Below, one piece after another: positions 12,989 to 26,584 of a stretch of DNA of 64,000 bases. Below the pieces are notes generated by a model. The model was not told where the DNA came from, made no database searches, and saw only the letters and a list, made by a program, of their open reading frames with translations. A program made the position numbers and the translations under genes. The DNA is from Lama glama (lineage: Eukaryota), in the NCBI GenBank assembly GCA_028534125.1, contig JAPYYK010000086.1, positions 3,100,001-3,164,000 of the forward strand, in the 5' to 3' direction. The stretch's first letter is position 1. Each line of letters opens with the position of its first letter.

Positions 12989-14915
12989 CTGGTTGGGAGT
13001 AAAATAAAGCATGTTAGTTACAGCATGTGCACCGCTGGACGAAGAACCCCAGAGACCAACACTCAAGGACAAAACACAGAGGGCGAAATGAAGTGACCGG
13101 CTGCCACACCCACTGAAGGATGCTTCAGCCCTGGAGGGCAGGAGATATCCTCTCTCTCTTTGAAACTGAACTGAATGTGGTTGTGCTGGAAGAGACAGTT
13201 GGCCTGACATGGGAAACATATTTAAATTCAGAAAAGAAACAAATCTACCACTGACCAAGAAGGAAATAGGTCTTAAAAATAAAAGAGATGTCAAAGGAAA
13301 AACTTCTGCACATCTATGTTTTTGTTCATCCACAGAGAGGAAAAGTGATACAGCACACGCCCCTGGAGGCTTGGGGAGGGGAAGTGGGGAAAGAAGACCG
13401 AGGAGGATGACAGCAAGGTCTTAGATGCAGCCCCCTGACAGGTCTGCACCACCAGCCTCCCGTGGGCACGTGCATCCTTCCGGGTCACTCCTTTCCCCAC
13501 ATCCTGCCTGTGCATCAGAGGGTGAGACCTGAGGCTCTGGCTTAGGGACTAAAAAAGCCTCTCCCCTCCAGCATCTCTGGGAGGAGAAAGGAAGGCTTCC
13601 TGGCTGCAGGGTTACCTGGCTGGTTCGTTGTCCCACCACACACTTACCCCAGGGCTCCCTAGCCCCACTCCTGCCATACCATGTACATACACACCCTGCT
13701 CCTTCACCTCCCGCTAGATTTCATTAGGTCCAACCCATACACGAGAGACAAGATGGTGGCCCCACAGGAAACACAAGGCAACTGTGAGGGTGCACCTGGT
13801 GGCTAACAAGCCAACAGCTCCATGTGAAGGTAGCACCGCGAATCCGTCCACCAAAGGACACGTGCTCGGAGCAGGGACTGATGTCAGATGTAACCGTCAG
13901 ACCCCACCCCGGGCCGCCCTGGACCAAAGTCATGCACCAGGCACGGCTGGCTGGTTCAAGGTGCAGTCTGGGGCCGTGGAACGAAGCCAAGGCTCACACT
14001 GCAACCGAGTGACCTTGGCCTCCTTTGGTGGGGCTCCAGGGACACAGCATACCTCTCGGGAGGCCAGAGCGTGGCTGTCAGGTGACGAGCCAGAGCAGGT
14101 GCTGAAAGCATGGGGGGCCCAGAGCTCCAAAATTCGGTGTTGTCTCAGTCCAGTGGAACGCCTTATACCCCTTTCATGGTCTGACCCCCAAGATGGAAAA
14201 AGGCTCTGAATATAAGACTGTTATCATGTAAGCTAACGGCTTCTGTCTTTTTTTCCATTTCCCAACAGGTAGAATGAAGTAAAGATATAGGGGATTCTCT
14301 TTAAGCACAAGGATTAATTTACCAAGGTCAAGGAGGCATATACAGAGGGTTGCTCACTCAATTCCGGACAGAAGAGCTTTTGGACACAAGTGCAAGTCCA
14401 CTAGCCTCAGGGAGAAAATTCCCCTCCGAAGCGTTTCACTTCCTGGTGGTGTGGGGAGGCACAGAGTGGGAGCAAGGACTCGAGCGCAGCAAGGAAATAA
14501 AACCCGAGCTCAGGTGTGTGTGTTTCTCGCATGATATAAATACAACCACGATCCAAGAAAGCACTTTAACCCTGTCCTTACATTCTGTATGCTTTAAGGT
14601 AAAGAATTACAACTGTGCAAACATTTGTGCCACCTGCCCTTAGTGCAAAAGGACACACAAGAAAAGGCAGAATTAAGGCAACTGCCCATGCACTTTAGAC
14701 CAGAGATAGAGGTGGAAGAGCGGATTATTTTTACCATTTGCACTGGCCACATTCCACCAACATATCCTTTACACTGATCCTATATGACCAGAACAAGAGG
14801 ATTATAGGCCTGGATTTACTACAGGAACCAACAGAGCTACCCTCTTACTCACTTGCCAATCAAAATAAAAGTTAAAGAAAATGAAGAAAATGGAACTTGA
14901 GCTGGTGTGTCTTTT

Positions 14916-15079
14916 TTTAAAAATATTTTATTTATTTACTATTGTATTATTTAATTATTTTATTTTTGGTGTCGGGGGGTAATTAAGTGTATTTATTTTT
15001 AGAGGAAATACTGGGGATTGAACCCAAGACCTCGTGCGTGCTAAGCATGCACTCTACCACTAGAGCTATACCCTCCCCC
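14916..15079 (-). mobile_element. tRNA-derived SINE, camelid Vic-1-like, with 13-bp target-site duplication (TSD)
   Basis: Minus strand GGGGGAGGGTATAGCTCTAGTGGTAGAGTGCATGCTTAGC...GGTTCAATCCCCAG with an A-rich tail; TGGTGTGTCTTTT at 14903-14915 and 15081-15093. Confidence 0.85.
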
Positions 15080-18000
15080 TTGGTGTGTCTTTTAAAAGCT
15101 CTCTTGTCTGAGACCTCTTTGTCAAAAGAAGCATCTTGAATTCTTTTAGAATGGTTACGGGCAGTATTCAGCTATTTCTTAAGCACTCCAAGATCAGTAG
15201 TTTCTGACATGTTTTCTAATTGAACTGACATTCTATTGCCTCCCTAAACCCCCTGTCATGTTGGTTTTAAAATTCGTTTAATTTTTTAAACAAAAATTAA
15301 ATTAAAATGAATGATCTTTTCCCTTGGAACATTTCAGGATGACTTTGGAGACAACAGAGGCTTTTTTTTTTTAACAGCTTCAGGAGTCACTATTTAAACA
15401 GAAAGACAATTTTTTAAAATGCTATCCATCCATGAAACAGAATGGAAAACTCAAGAGCAATCGACAGGTATTGTGTGACTGACTCACGCATGCACTGGCA
15501 CTCTGTGTGACCCTCAACCAGCCACTGAACCTCTCTAGGCTTCCGCCTCCTGACCTGTAGTTCAAGGAGACTGGAGCAGAAAGTATTTAGGATTCCTTCC
15601 AGCTAAAACATTAAGAAATGCTTGGTATATTTTCAGTAAACTTCACTTCATAATATCTAACAGGCAAGTTCCCTAAATAATACTACCCAATGGGACATAC
15701 AATAATTTCAGGCACGGCCAAGGCCACAACAAACCTGGCATGTCTTTTGGTAAAATAACCAACAGCTTTTGTGAGCGCTTTCTCCTGTGAGGGTTTTGGC
15801 TGTATTTCCATGAGGATGGTTGCTTTATGGCAGTAAGTCACAATTTTGAAAAATGTAATCATATTAATAAGTGATTTATGTTCAAATCAGATAAGAGCTA
15901 CACAAATACAATATATACTACCCAAAGCAAAAGATAATGTTTGGTAAACGAATGAACTGATTTTCTCAGCACTATTTTATTATCGAGGTTAATACATACA
16001 TATATATATATTTTACATGAAAGGTCATCTTCCATGACCACACATTAAGGGAGATGTTTTGAGAAAATCAGTATGTCTGAATTTCACAAGTCCTGTCTTC
16101 TACCACCTTCCTCCCAGGATCAGTCACTATATTCCCATGCTGGCACCTCCGGTCAAGGTGCAGCCTCCCCAAACCAACAGGTGACTGGCAGTGACCTGAT
16201 GTGGCTTGGTATTGAACTTGGAAACCAACTGGTGCCCACTACGTGCCTCTTCATATTTCTTCTTGGATCTTACATCTTCCTGGTGCTTTTAGACAAGGTC
16301 AGCAAAATCAAACTTCATATAAACAAGATTTCAAATGACTGCTTTTGAAATAGAAATTCAGAATGAGTCTCAAGTCACAGAATCCCAAGAAGAGGGCCAC
16401 GAATCAGGCCATCAAAAGTACAGCACTTGAGCAGTAACAAGCTACGTGCTGATACAACACTGAAACCCTCACTTTCTGTACCTAACATTTTATCCAGGGA
16501 TGAATTTCTACCACGAGTGAAGGAAATCACACTTTGTCATTCTTAAATAAAAAGAAACCCACAGACTTCCTTGGGTGACTCTTCGTGGTGCGTGCATAGA
16601 CAGCACACACTCACATGTATAATGTACGTGTGTACAGACGTTCGTTTCGTGTGTGCCTATTACAGCCAGCCCACAGCACGGCCATGGAAATACCCTCTGT
16701 TTTCTGCTGCCATCAATCTGAACCCTGCGACTCCCGGGCTTCTAGAATTTTCCTTCGAAATAAGATGTCTCCTTCCGTGGGGCACCCAGAGCAGAGGGTG
16801 GATACAGTTCATGAAAGGCAACTGTATTATAGATCCAGCTGTCAGCACATCAAGGAGAATTCGTAATTTCCAACCCCCTGAATCAGTCTTGAGTTCCTTT
16901 TCATTCACTCAATCTCAGAGGAGGGACAAAGTAAACAAACAGACAGCAAACGGGCTTGCAAACATGTTTGCCGGGCCCTGTCCTTCATGAGCTTTTCAAA
17001 ACCCACATTAAGAGAACAGAACGCTTGAAAGAAAACTGAGCTAAAATAGAAGTTGCCTCGCATTTTTTCGCCGAACAATTTAAAATCTTCACGTTTGCTA
17101 ACACAATGCCCTTTACTAACAGCATTTGCTTTTAGAAACAAAGTAAGAAAGAAACATTACTTTGTTCCCGTGCTGCAGGGTCACCTGTACATCAGAGAAC
17201 AAGTTCATCAGCTCTGAAAAGTGAAATTCATTTTTAAAAACGCATTCTGACTTGACTGAATTATACAACTTCAGTCATTATGGAATCATCTCAGCATTTG
17301 AGAAAAAGAAAACAGAAAGAAACAGGAAAAAAAAAAACTTTCCCAGATTCTGCAACAGCTCCTGTCTGCTCCGAGCTGAGCTTGCTTGCTCTATGGTTGC
17401 CAGTGTCTGACAGTAAACAGCCCTGCTGCATTTATTGGCAATTACTATTGAAGGTCACACATCAGCAGTGAGCCTAAATTCCAGGAAAAAAAAGCAGCTC
17501 TTATGTAACTGCCGCCTGAATGTTGGCAGGTGCCCAACCCAGCAGTTCACAGCAAAGTAAAAAAGTAGGACACCTCCATCCTGGGCTGGACGTCATAAGA
17601 ACGCCCCCTGAAGGTGAAATTCGATAATTCTTGTGTTTCTCTTCCTTTTTTTTTTCTCTCCCCTCTGAATTTCACTGTCGGTGGCCTCCTTTGCTGGCAG
17701 AAGCAGCTCTCTGGGGTAGAAGTTGAGGACGTGATGTCGGCAGATACGGGCAGGCTGTCGCCACCCTACTGAGTGGGAATGCCAATTCTGCCTCTCTGTT
17801 GCGATGCAAGAAAGTGAAGTTGCTGACACTGGGGGCTCTGGAGAGTTCACGATTCCAAGTGACAGTCATTAAACGGGGATCATACCTCAAATACACAGAA
17901 ATGCAGCCTGTTCACCGAGCTACGGCATAAACACGCCATCTCTTTCCTAAGACACATATATGAAAATGAGGTGAATTACTGCTCTGCCCACCACCTCAGT

Positions 18001-20924
18001 CTGACACTTGAGTATTTTATCAGAATCATCCCTTTGTTTAGCACAGGACTTTCCAGTTGCCAAAAAGTGACTAATGTGATCACTTGCCAGTGGCATCCAC
18101 CTGGTGTTACCAGGCCTCCCTGCTCAGGTACAAGCCCCTAAATTACATGTTCTCACGACCCTACGTACTTCACTTTTCTACATTTTTCATGACTGAAGGC
18201 TGTCATTTAACATTAGTTTGTACTACTGTCTACTCTCTTCCACAAAAGCGTAAACTCCAGAAGGGCAGATGCTGCGTCTGTTTAGGGGAACAAATCCCCT
18301 TAGCTACGAGCCTGGGACGCAAAAGGCGCTCAGATGTTAGTCACGTAAGTCAATGCTTCAAGCATGAGTTGGTGTCTGTTTAGAGCCAAGAATGGGTAGA
18401 TGAGGGAACTTTCTGGGATGATGCAAACACTCTCCCTCTTGATTCATGTGCGTCCAGAGGTAAAAATTCATCAAGCAACAAGCTTATGAATGAGCTGAAA
18501 GGACACTAAAGCAAGCAGCTCCAGTTCTTCTCCCCTCATCTGTCCTCTTCCTGCCCCCTAAGGAACAGGTACAGTCAGGAGGTAAGGATGGAGACCCTCA
18601 CTCTGTATCTGCAACTCGGAAGGCACTGTGCTTTTTTCCCAAGCCATTCACTGCCTGTCCCCTCTCTTGCATGGCCCAACTGGCCTTTATCATCCGAGGG
18701 CGCTGGCCCTTCCCCAGCAGGGGGTCATGGGTCCAGAGACATGCCTCACACTGCCTCAGGGGCTATTCCCCAGCACATCTAAAGTTCGGAGCACTGGTTT
18801 GCAATTTAGGTGGGAGGTTTTGGTGGTACCCGGGCCAGGGTGAACTCATTAAGTTTGTTAATGAAGGTTCTGCAGAACTCCAGCTGTGGGCTGCTGGCTT
18901 CCACCCGCACACATGAACAACAGTCTTGGTTGGGAGAGAAACCTCAGGAGCTGCAGTCTTTTCCAGAACAGCCACGGGGATGATAAATGCCCATCAGGCA
19001 TCTCTGCTTAGAGGGCCAGACCCAACACCCTGAGGGAATGGGCACGGCGTGCTGGTGTCCCAGGGCTCCGACGGTTGCCAGGGGTAACAGAAAGGAGGGG
19101 ATCCACAGTTGCTTCCTCAGGGAATTTTCAAAGAATCCAAGTGGCTGCCAGAACATTCTTCTTTTATAAACAGACAGTATTCTATTTCCTAGCGTATAAT
19201 TATAAACACACCTGCTCCAACTGTGGAATCTTTCCATAAGCGAGCAATAAACTCCCAGCCAGGAGACCCAAGTTCTATCTTGAGCACACAAACACATCAA
19301 CTGATTACTGCGCTGCAAAACAGTGTATTAATAACACTGCAGACTCCGATTAGGGGAGGTTCTCCTCCCCTGACTTACTTTGTACCTAAGCAAATAAGAC
19401 ACCCAACCTCAATATTTCAGAGGAAAAATTCAAATCAGAGAGGCATTAACAACTCTAGGTAGAGACAAGAATACCAAAGGAGCCAACATGCAAATTCAGC
19501 ATTAGATGTTTTGCTGGCATACAAATAACCTGGACGACAGAAGACTAAACAGGATGCTGCAAGAACCCCTGTAGTTAAAGCTATCAAGCCTCTGTACAAC
19601 CTTTTGTTTTTCTCGCCTTCTAGTCATGCTGGAGAGCACGGCCCCCTCACCTGTTGAGGTGTCGACTGATAGAAGGAAAAGTCTGTGTTTACAGAATTTA
19701 CCGTGGTTGAACAGTAAGGCGCTCCAGGCCGGCAGCTGAACTGGCAGCATGCTGGTTCTGGCTTAGCTGCTATCCAGCTGTGTGAGCTCAGGCCACTCAC
19801 GGAACCTCTCTGAGCTCCTTCGCTGAGGGAACTGGACCAAATTCACAACCGCTCAGGTCACTTTCAGTTTTAAGTCTATGATCAAACTCTCCTTAGGTAC
19901 ATCTGAACCATCTCTGAATACTCCTGAAATTGTGGTGGTAGAGCCGACCTCATATTCTGTTTGGAAGCTCCAACCCACCAAAATAAGGTATGAATGGTCT
20001 ACTAAAAGAAAGAGCAGAGACCTAAAGAAGTAGACCAGAAAAAGTAATTTTGAAAAGTCAGATAAAATTTTTTCCCATGTGCTCAATTTGCTAAAAATTA
20101 AACTCCCTCAATTATATCCATTAATTCCCCAAATTAACCCTTTCTATTATCATTTAGCAAACATTCTAAAAACATAGCAAGAAATGCTAAAAAGAAATAT
20201 TCACAGAAGAGAAAATATTTGAGAGACCCTAAAATCTCTGACAAAATGACCACTCCTCAGTCTCCAGGGTAATTCTCTGTAAATGAAACTGATCTGAACA
20301 GAACTACAGAAACCATCAGATGACATTTCAATTTCTTGATCTCTAGGTGGTTTTCCTAGAAGAGAAGCCATGGATATTGCACACTCCTAATCCCACCACA
20401 AGCCAGCAGCTGGAAAGTCTCAACTAGCACTGTGGAATTTGCACTGCACTTTGACCAAACTTTATATGACTACTTTCCAACATGTAGACCAAAAGAGCAG
20501 TGCTTTTTAATTTTTTTCCCCCTACTTTGAAACTACACCAATGTAGCTATTTCTTTCTGCATTGATGCTCTCCATACATTGAAATGCTCCTCATGGTCAC
20601 ATCAACGCTGAGTTTCAGAGATAGGTTAATGGTCAGCATCAACCACAAATTCAGCTGAGACTCTAGACAGTGAACAATTGAAATCTTATTGCAGTTGAGA
20701 AAATCTTTATCTAGACCCAGACAGGAACTCCAAGGACAAATGGCAAACAAACTCATGGGAAATGCTGACACAGACACAAAGGACTCGACTCACGCCCATA
20801 GGCACGCTACACAAAGTCAGATACTGGACGCTGCAGAGACTAGGGGACAGATCACAGCGTTCACTGGAAGAGGGTCACGGAAAACATCACCATGGGACAT
20901 TTAAGAAAGAAAAGAAATTAGGAC

Positions 20925-20957
20925 CTCAGCATTATCCAATTCATCTATGGAAATTAG
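20925..20957 (-). CDS. ITPR1: ITPR1 SII cassette exon 1, LISIDELDNAE (33 nt)
   Basis: cctaac branch point, long pyrimidine tract, ccag| acceptor, weak GAG|gtccta donor; peptide matches the start of the neuronal SII insert. Confidence 0.92.
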
Positions 20958-23900
20958 CTGGAAAAGAAAAAAAGGGGAGAGAAGAAGAAGGCAAGGTTAG
21001 GAAAGGAAATACAAGCGAGTGAAGTGTTAGAAACTGTGTCGGGGTACTCTTATCGCGGACTCAGGCTGAAGCCTGGTCAGAATGGGACGCCCTTAGGAGG
21101 TTCAGGCATTCTGGACATGACCGCCCCCACACTGACACCTGCTGTACACCATTCTGCTCCGGAACAGAACGGCAGGACACTGTTATGCTTTGTTGCACAT
21201 GCCAGGTATCACACCTCCCAGGTCACTTAACCAAGAGCCCAGTATGGCACCTTCCTACTCCCCTGCACAGGGAGCACGTGAACTGAGCTGGGGGCGAGGG
21301 CAGCTTCCCCAGCCAAGAAGCATGACCTTCAGAAGAGGATGGCAAGGAGCAGGGTAAAAGCCCAAACTTGAATCAGCCCAGCTTGGGAGAAAATTTTTCC
21401 ATTAGACTCATTTTACCATCCGGTGGGGGTGGGGTGGGGAGGGTCTGGGGTCCAAATTGCCATTGGGCTGAATCAGACCCAGCTTCAATTTCATCAGGTA
21501 GTAAGACCAAAATATCCCAAGCCCAGAAGCTCCCAATCCTGAGACTGTTGATTAAAGAAAATACTTTCCCCCCTAAGGTGACTAGTGCCAACCCCAAACG
21601 ATATGAGTAACAAGTAAATGATTTATTAGCATCAAGTTCAAGAAAAAAAAAAAGCAAGAGCAGTAATCCCAATTATGGTTGTTTAATGATAGATGGGTGA
21701 TCGTCAACTGATTTTTATCACGTTTCGTTAATAGTTAGTACATCTAGCAAATTTCAATCCCTATTAGAGACGCTGGTAGCTGGAAAGGTTAATAGTTTAT
21801 TCACCTAGAGAGAAGCAGCACTGGGCATGAACAGGGACTGACAATTGGTATGAAATGAAAACCCTGACATTTCTTGAGGTCAAAAACTCTCTAGCAATAA
21901 AATAGCTACTACTATTTAGAAGAAAAAAAAAGGATTTTAAATAAATTGAGGTATCGTTTTGCATTAATTGGTGGTATCTGAATTTCTTTCCAAAGCTCTC
22001 TGACTAATAAGTTGAAAGCAGAAAAAAATCCTTCATAAAAATCCTACAGTGGCCTACAGAGTAGCCAATATATAAAATGACTATGCTTTTTTTTTTTTTT
22101 AAAGCAGGGTCTAGGGGCTTGAAGATCTATGAATTACAGAGAGATTCAGGTTAAGTTTTAGAAATGTTTAGCTATGGGAGGCTGTTTTTTTAAAACATGG
22201 TTTAAGCTGCAGGTTAAAAGCAGAGTTTAGCAGGCATTGCACACACAGAATGGTTGCAAAGTCTGGATTTAAAGTTTATTAACTTTGAATTCACAGGATA
22301 GAAAGATGTAAGAATCATACAAAAATGTATTCCATTGTTATTCTGGTGATCCTTTTAAATGTCCTTTTATTTTTTATTTATCACTCTTCAGTAAATATTG
22401 CTGGCCCTTTGTATTTTAGAGACATTGAAGTTAAAGATGATTTCTTTAATTCCTGAATGATCACCATTAAATTTTTGTGATCATCTTCACCCAGCCCCCA
22501 CCTTATCATCATAGGTCAAGGTTCTGGGATGGGCACTTCTTAGGCAGTGGACCAGGACAACTGGACTGACCACTGGCTTCTCAAGGATATGACTCTTTAG
22601 TACAGGGACTGACCAAAATCCCCAAAATCTGGTGATGCCAGAGCCCAGCAGACCAGCTCCAACGACGACCATGAAGATTCAGGAGAGGGCAGGGAAGCGG
22701 AACAATCCAGGATGCCCCGGGGGGTGTTAGTCATGGGACAAGTTCCACTTAAGAGGCAACTAACAGGAGAATCAGGCCTGGAAGACGGCCATGGCATTAA
22801 CACTTGCCCTTGCATCCTCAGCACCCAGTCCAAAGAACATCTCATTTATTTTACTGACTAATGCCCACTGGTTTGCCTAAGAAAGGTTAATTCTCTGGTT
22901 CTGGGTTCCTTACATCCTTGAAAGCCCTGCCCCATATGCCATGCTTCTTTCGTCAAATAGGGGCAACCAATAAAGCATCTAAGGCATTTTCTAAAAGCCT
23001 TTGTGACATACAACAAAATTTATACCGACAACCAGACTGGAACAAACAGAAATTGTTTAGCGCCCCCACCCCCGACCCCAACTCCCTTTTAAAGTGAATG
23101 GTTAAGCAGCATTTTCACACTGTCAGAGGTTGGGGCCAGAAGTCCTGCACGCCTGTGCTCTCGGTGCTGGAGCTGCTGACTAACATGGGTTTCTAGAACG
23201 TCTTCTTTGGTTGCATGGCATTTCCCATAAATGCTTACAGTATTTTCACTTTCACGAAGGAGGATGACAGCTCCAAACAGACTGGAAAGAAATGTCATCT
23301 TGCATCCAGCCTGGATCTGCTAGAGTGTGACTAATTTCTTCAACAGCTGAAAGGGGATTTGAGCTACAGCCTAAGAACCTCTTCTAAAGTCTGATCATTT
23401 ACTCTTTCATAGTGACCTCCACCTACTGCCCTCTCCAAGTCCTGCCTCTGCCACTTTCTGTGAGCTTTCCCATAAACAGTGTTGCAGCATCTCAGACCCG
23501 CTATCTCCTCGTGTTCTCCCTGTGGACACTGACGGGGACAGAAGCCCATCTTCTACATGGCCCCAAAGACCTCGGTGTACTCGTCTGCCCAGAAACAGAG
23601 TCAGCCAACTCCTAGTACTTCTACTTTCTATGTTATAAAAGGAAAATTTAAGAGAAATGAAAGTATAATCACAATTTGCAAAATTCACTGGGGTAGAGAC
23701 ACCAAGTTTACCTTAAACACTTTGGTTTTAGAAATAAACAAATATTCTCAGGAAGAGTTAAGTGTGGTCTCCACATTTTAAAATTAAGTTTTATGCCTCA
23801 AAGGTGAAAATAAATTCACAGCTGATTAAGGCCCCTTTGGTGGATTGAATTTTATCTTATTGAGAGTGAATTTCTGTAACTATAATCATGTTTTTTAAAC

Positions 23901-24106
23901 ATTTCTTAAAGCTTATAAATTTAAGCTCACTTTAAGAAAAATAAAGATCTTGTGGAATAAAGGGTTATTATTTATATGCCTGGTAAGTGTAATTTTGGCT
24001 ATTACCCCCACCCGCATCCCTTTTTTAAAGCAAGAACTACCTGGGTGCCTACACAGGTGTTGTATGGACTGGCCATCTCATCATTCCCCCTTGTACCAGG
24101 GTTCTT

Positions 24107-24258
24107 TACTTTTATTTGAACTTTTTTTATTTTTTATTTTGGGGGGAGATAATTAGGTTTATTTTATTTTATTTTTTTTGATGGAGGCACTGGGGATTGA
24201 ACCCAGAACCTTGTGCATGCTAGGCATGCGCTCTACCACTGAGCTATACCCTCCTCTC
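24107..24258 (-). mobile_element. tRNA-derived SINE, Vic-1-like
   Basis: Same A-box/B-box head and A-rich tail as the 14916 copy; ends approximate. Confidence 0.85.
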
Positions 24259-25399
24259 TTAAATTTATAAACTCTTTCTCTGGCAGGTTTCCTCCATAAA
24301 ATTCCTACTGAGTTATAAACACTCGTTTTCTAATTAGGCAACATTTATTCATGCTTTAATTTATACAGTTTACAAGTTTAGAATGATGTTTAAAAGCCCT
24401 GTGGTTTGGGGACAGTGGAGAAGACTACACTGCAAAAAGGACTGTGTACTCTTCTATTTTATTTTTTTCTTATTCAAAGACTCTCACATGTTAAGCTGTT
24501 CTATTATTACTGATAGATATTGCTTAGGTTAGAAAGCAAGATTCCAACAGACTTACACTTGCAAAAGATCTGGTTGTCACTACCCCTTCTGACAAGGAGG
24601 CTGGGATTTAATTAGCCAGGCTTCTTCACAGAGATGAATAAATGAGTTACTGTGTATTCTGACAAGTCAGTGATATCACTGTTTTTACTGACTCAGAAAA
24701 TGCTGATGAAAGTGGCTTGGAGGCAACCAGCAAACATTATTACCTTTGAATGAAAACTGGAGAGATTTAAACTCAGGCCCATGCTTTTTTGCAGGGGGGA
24801 GGGAGGGGTCCAGAAAGGAAGAACAATAGGGATGTTTTTAATCCCACCTAGATCAAAATCGGGGGTGAGAGGAAGTGTTCTGTGTACATCACTCCTCAGT
24901 GCATGCGCTAAGAAGTCCCAGGAATGGTCCATTTCCCAGTCTCAATCAGAGAAGGTGATATATTTGCCCGCCTTAATTCCAGTTAGAACTGGAGGCAGTG
25001 TCTTTTTACACTGGAGGGGTTCTGTAACATCTCACCAGAAAGAAGTAAGTAAACCCACAGGCCTGCTTAGTTGGAACCCAAAATTCAGGAACACACCTTG
25101 ATACACAAGAAGCATTTGCATTCTCCTTGGGAACTTAAATAGAGGGAAAACCTTGGTATTATTTCTCTGAATAGAGATTATATGGCAAGCAGCCTGGAAG
25201 AGACAACAAGATCTATAAGACTTTTAAAGGAGACAGTCATATGATTAAGCTGCCTTTAGGAGCAAGAGAAAGAGCTTGGGAAAAAAAAAAGCTAACCCCT
25301 TCATCTACAGGCCTGAACTAAGGTGGGTTTCTAACTGCCTCCACTCCACTTCAATTTAACAGCATAACCTAGTTTTAACATGAAAACAACACGCAGTAC

Positions 25400-25511
25400 C
25401 TTTTCTCCATAGCCTCTGTCTTTGGTCATCATTTCTCTGAGGGTCTGTAGGACCTTAATGCAGAGTTTCTCCTCATTTTCCTCTAGCAGCTGTTTAGTAT
25501 GCTTTATTAAC
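25400..25511 (-). CDS. ITPR1: ITPR1 exon LIKHTKQL...DRGYGEK
   Basis: 112 nt; tattcag| acceptor, AAG|gtactg donor; phase 2/0. Confidence 0.95.
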
Positions 25512-26435
25512 CTGAATAGAGAGGAAAATCATGGGTTACTTCCCTGAAACACTTTTTAAATTAAAAAAAAACATGACAATAAACTTACTGTCACTAGTCA
25601 ATTAATGAACAAATATTTATCAAGGCTCCCAGATTAAACATGCTTTGGGGCATTCCCAGCACTGAGAACAGGCTGTTGATGTCTCAATAGTGACACCTGC
25701 TGGTGGTAACAGCAAAGGGCTCCCTGGCTACAGGTCCGCCCCACAGTGATTACAGGGAGCGGAGAACACACAGAGGCCCACTCAAAGCTGCTTGTTTATG
25801 ACATGTGGCTATTTATCCACTGAGGACGGCCAATGATGTGACTAGAAGATGCCAGCGTTGTGAAAAACCCCAGGAATATAAAGGCTGGGGCAACACACAC
25901 TGTTCCCCTTAACCACAGCCCTGTCCTTTCAGGGGCCCCCCCAAAATGAGGAACTCCAAGTCAGAGCCCACGCTCAAGTTAAACCACCAACTGACCTTAA
26001 GGTGAAAACCAGGGGGACATTTCTGGTCCTGGAACCAGTTGCTTCTCCATTATGCCCCAAGGCACAGACTAAGAAACTACAAAGTTGTTAGGAAAAGCTT
26101 GAGAGGCCCTAGGAGGTCTGAGGTCTTTGAGGGCACAGGGGTCACGACTTTGAAAGTCTGTGCGGCAGCCCGTGGTGGGCACCCGGTCCACCCTGGCTGA
26201 ATGGAAGGTGGATGAACGGGCATGCAGTTCAAAGGAGAGAAGCTTGCCAAGACAACAGTGTCGGTGGTGGGACTGCGCCGACAAACGCACTGTGGGGAGG
26301 TCCGAACCGGTCCCCAGCACCGGACCTGCACTCGCCCAAGTCAAAAACCAGGCCGGCGCCTCCTTTCAGACCCCAGTGCCGCATCTGGTCAGTGGGCGCC
26401 TGCCACCGAGCACCGCAGACAGGGAGGCTGCTTAC

Positions 26436-26584
26436 TTGCAAATGAAGCCACCACTTTCACACTTGCGCCTGGCGTCTGTGTTCTCCGGGAAAAGCAGCTC
26501 AGGCCTGTGGAGGACATCCACGAGCACGGATAACTCGGCCTGCACCAGGGGCCTGAGACGGTCCTCCAGGGCCGAGACGATGTC
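26436..26584 (-). CDS. ITPR1: ITPR1 exon DIVSALED...GGFIC(K)
   Basis: 149 nt; gttccag| acceptor, AA|gtaagc donor; phase 0/2. Confidence 0.96.

Noticed and set aside
15010-15079. tRNA-Ala-like sequences (four copies) as tRNA genes
   Set aside because: A-rich tails, flanking direct repeats and degenerate stems indicate SINEs
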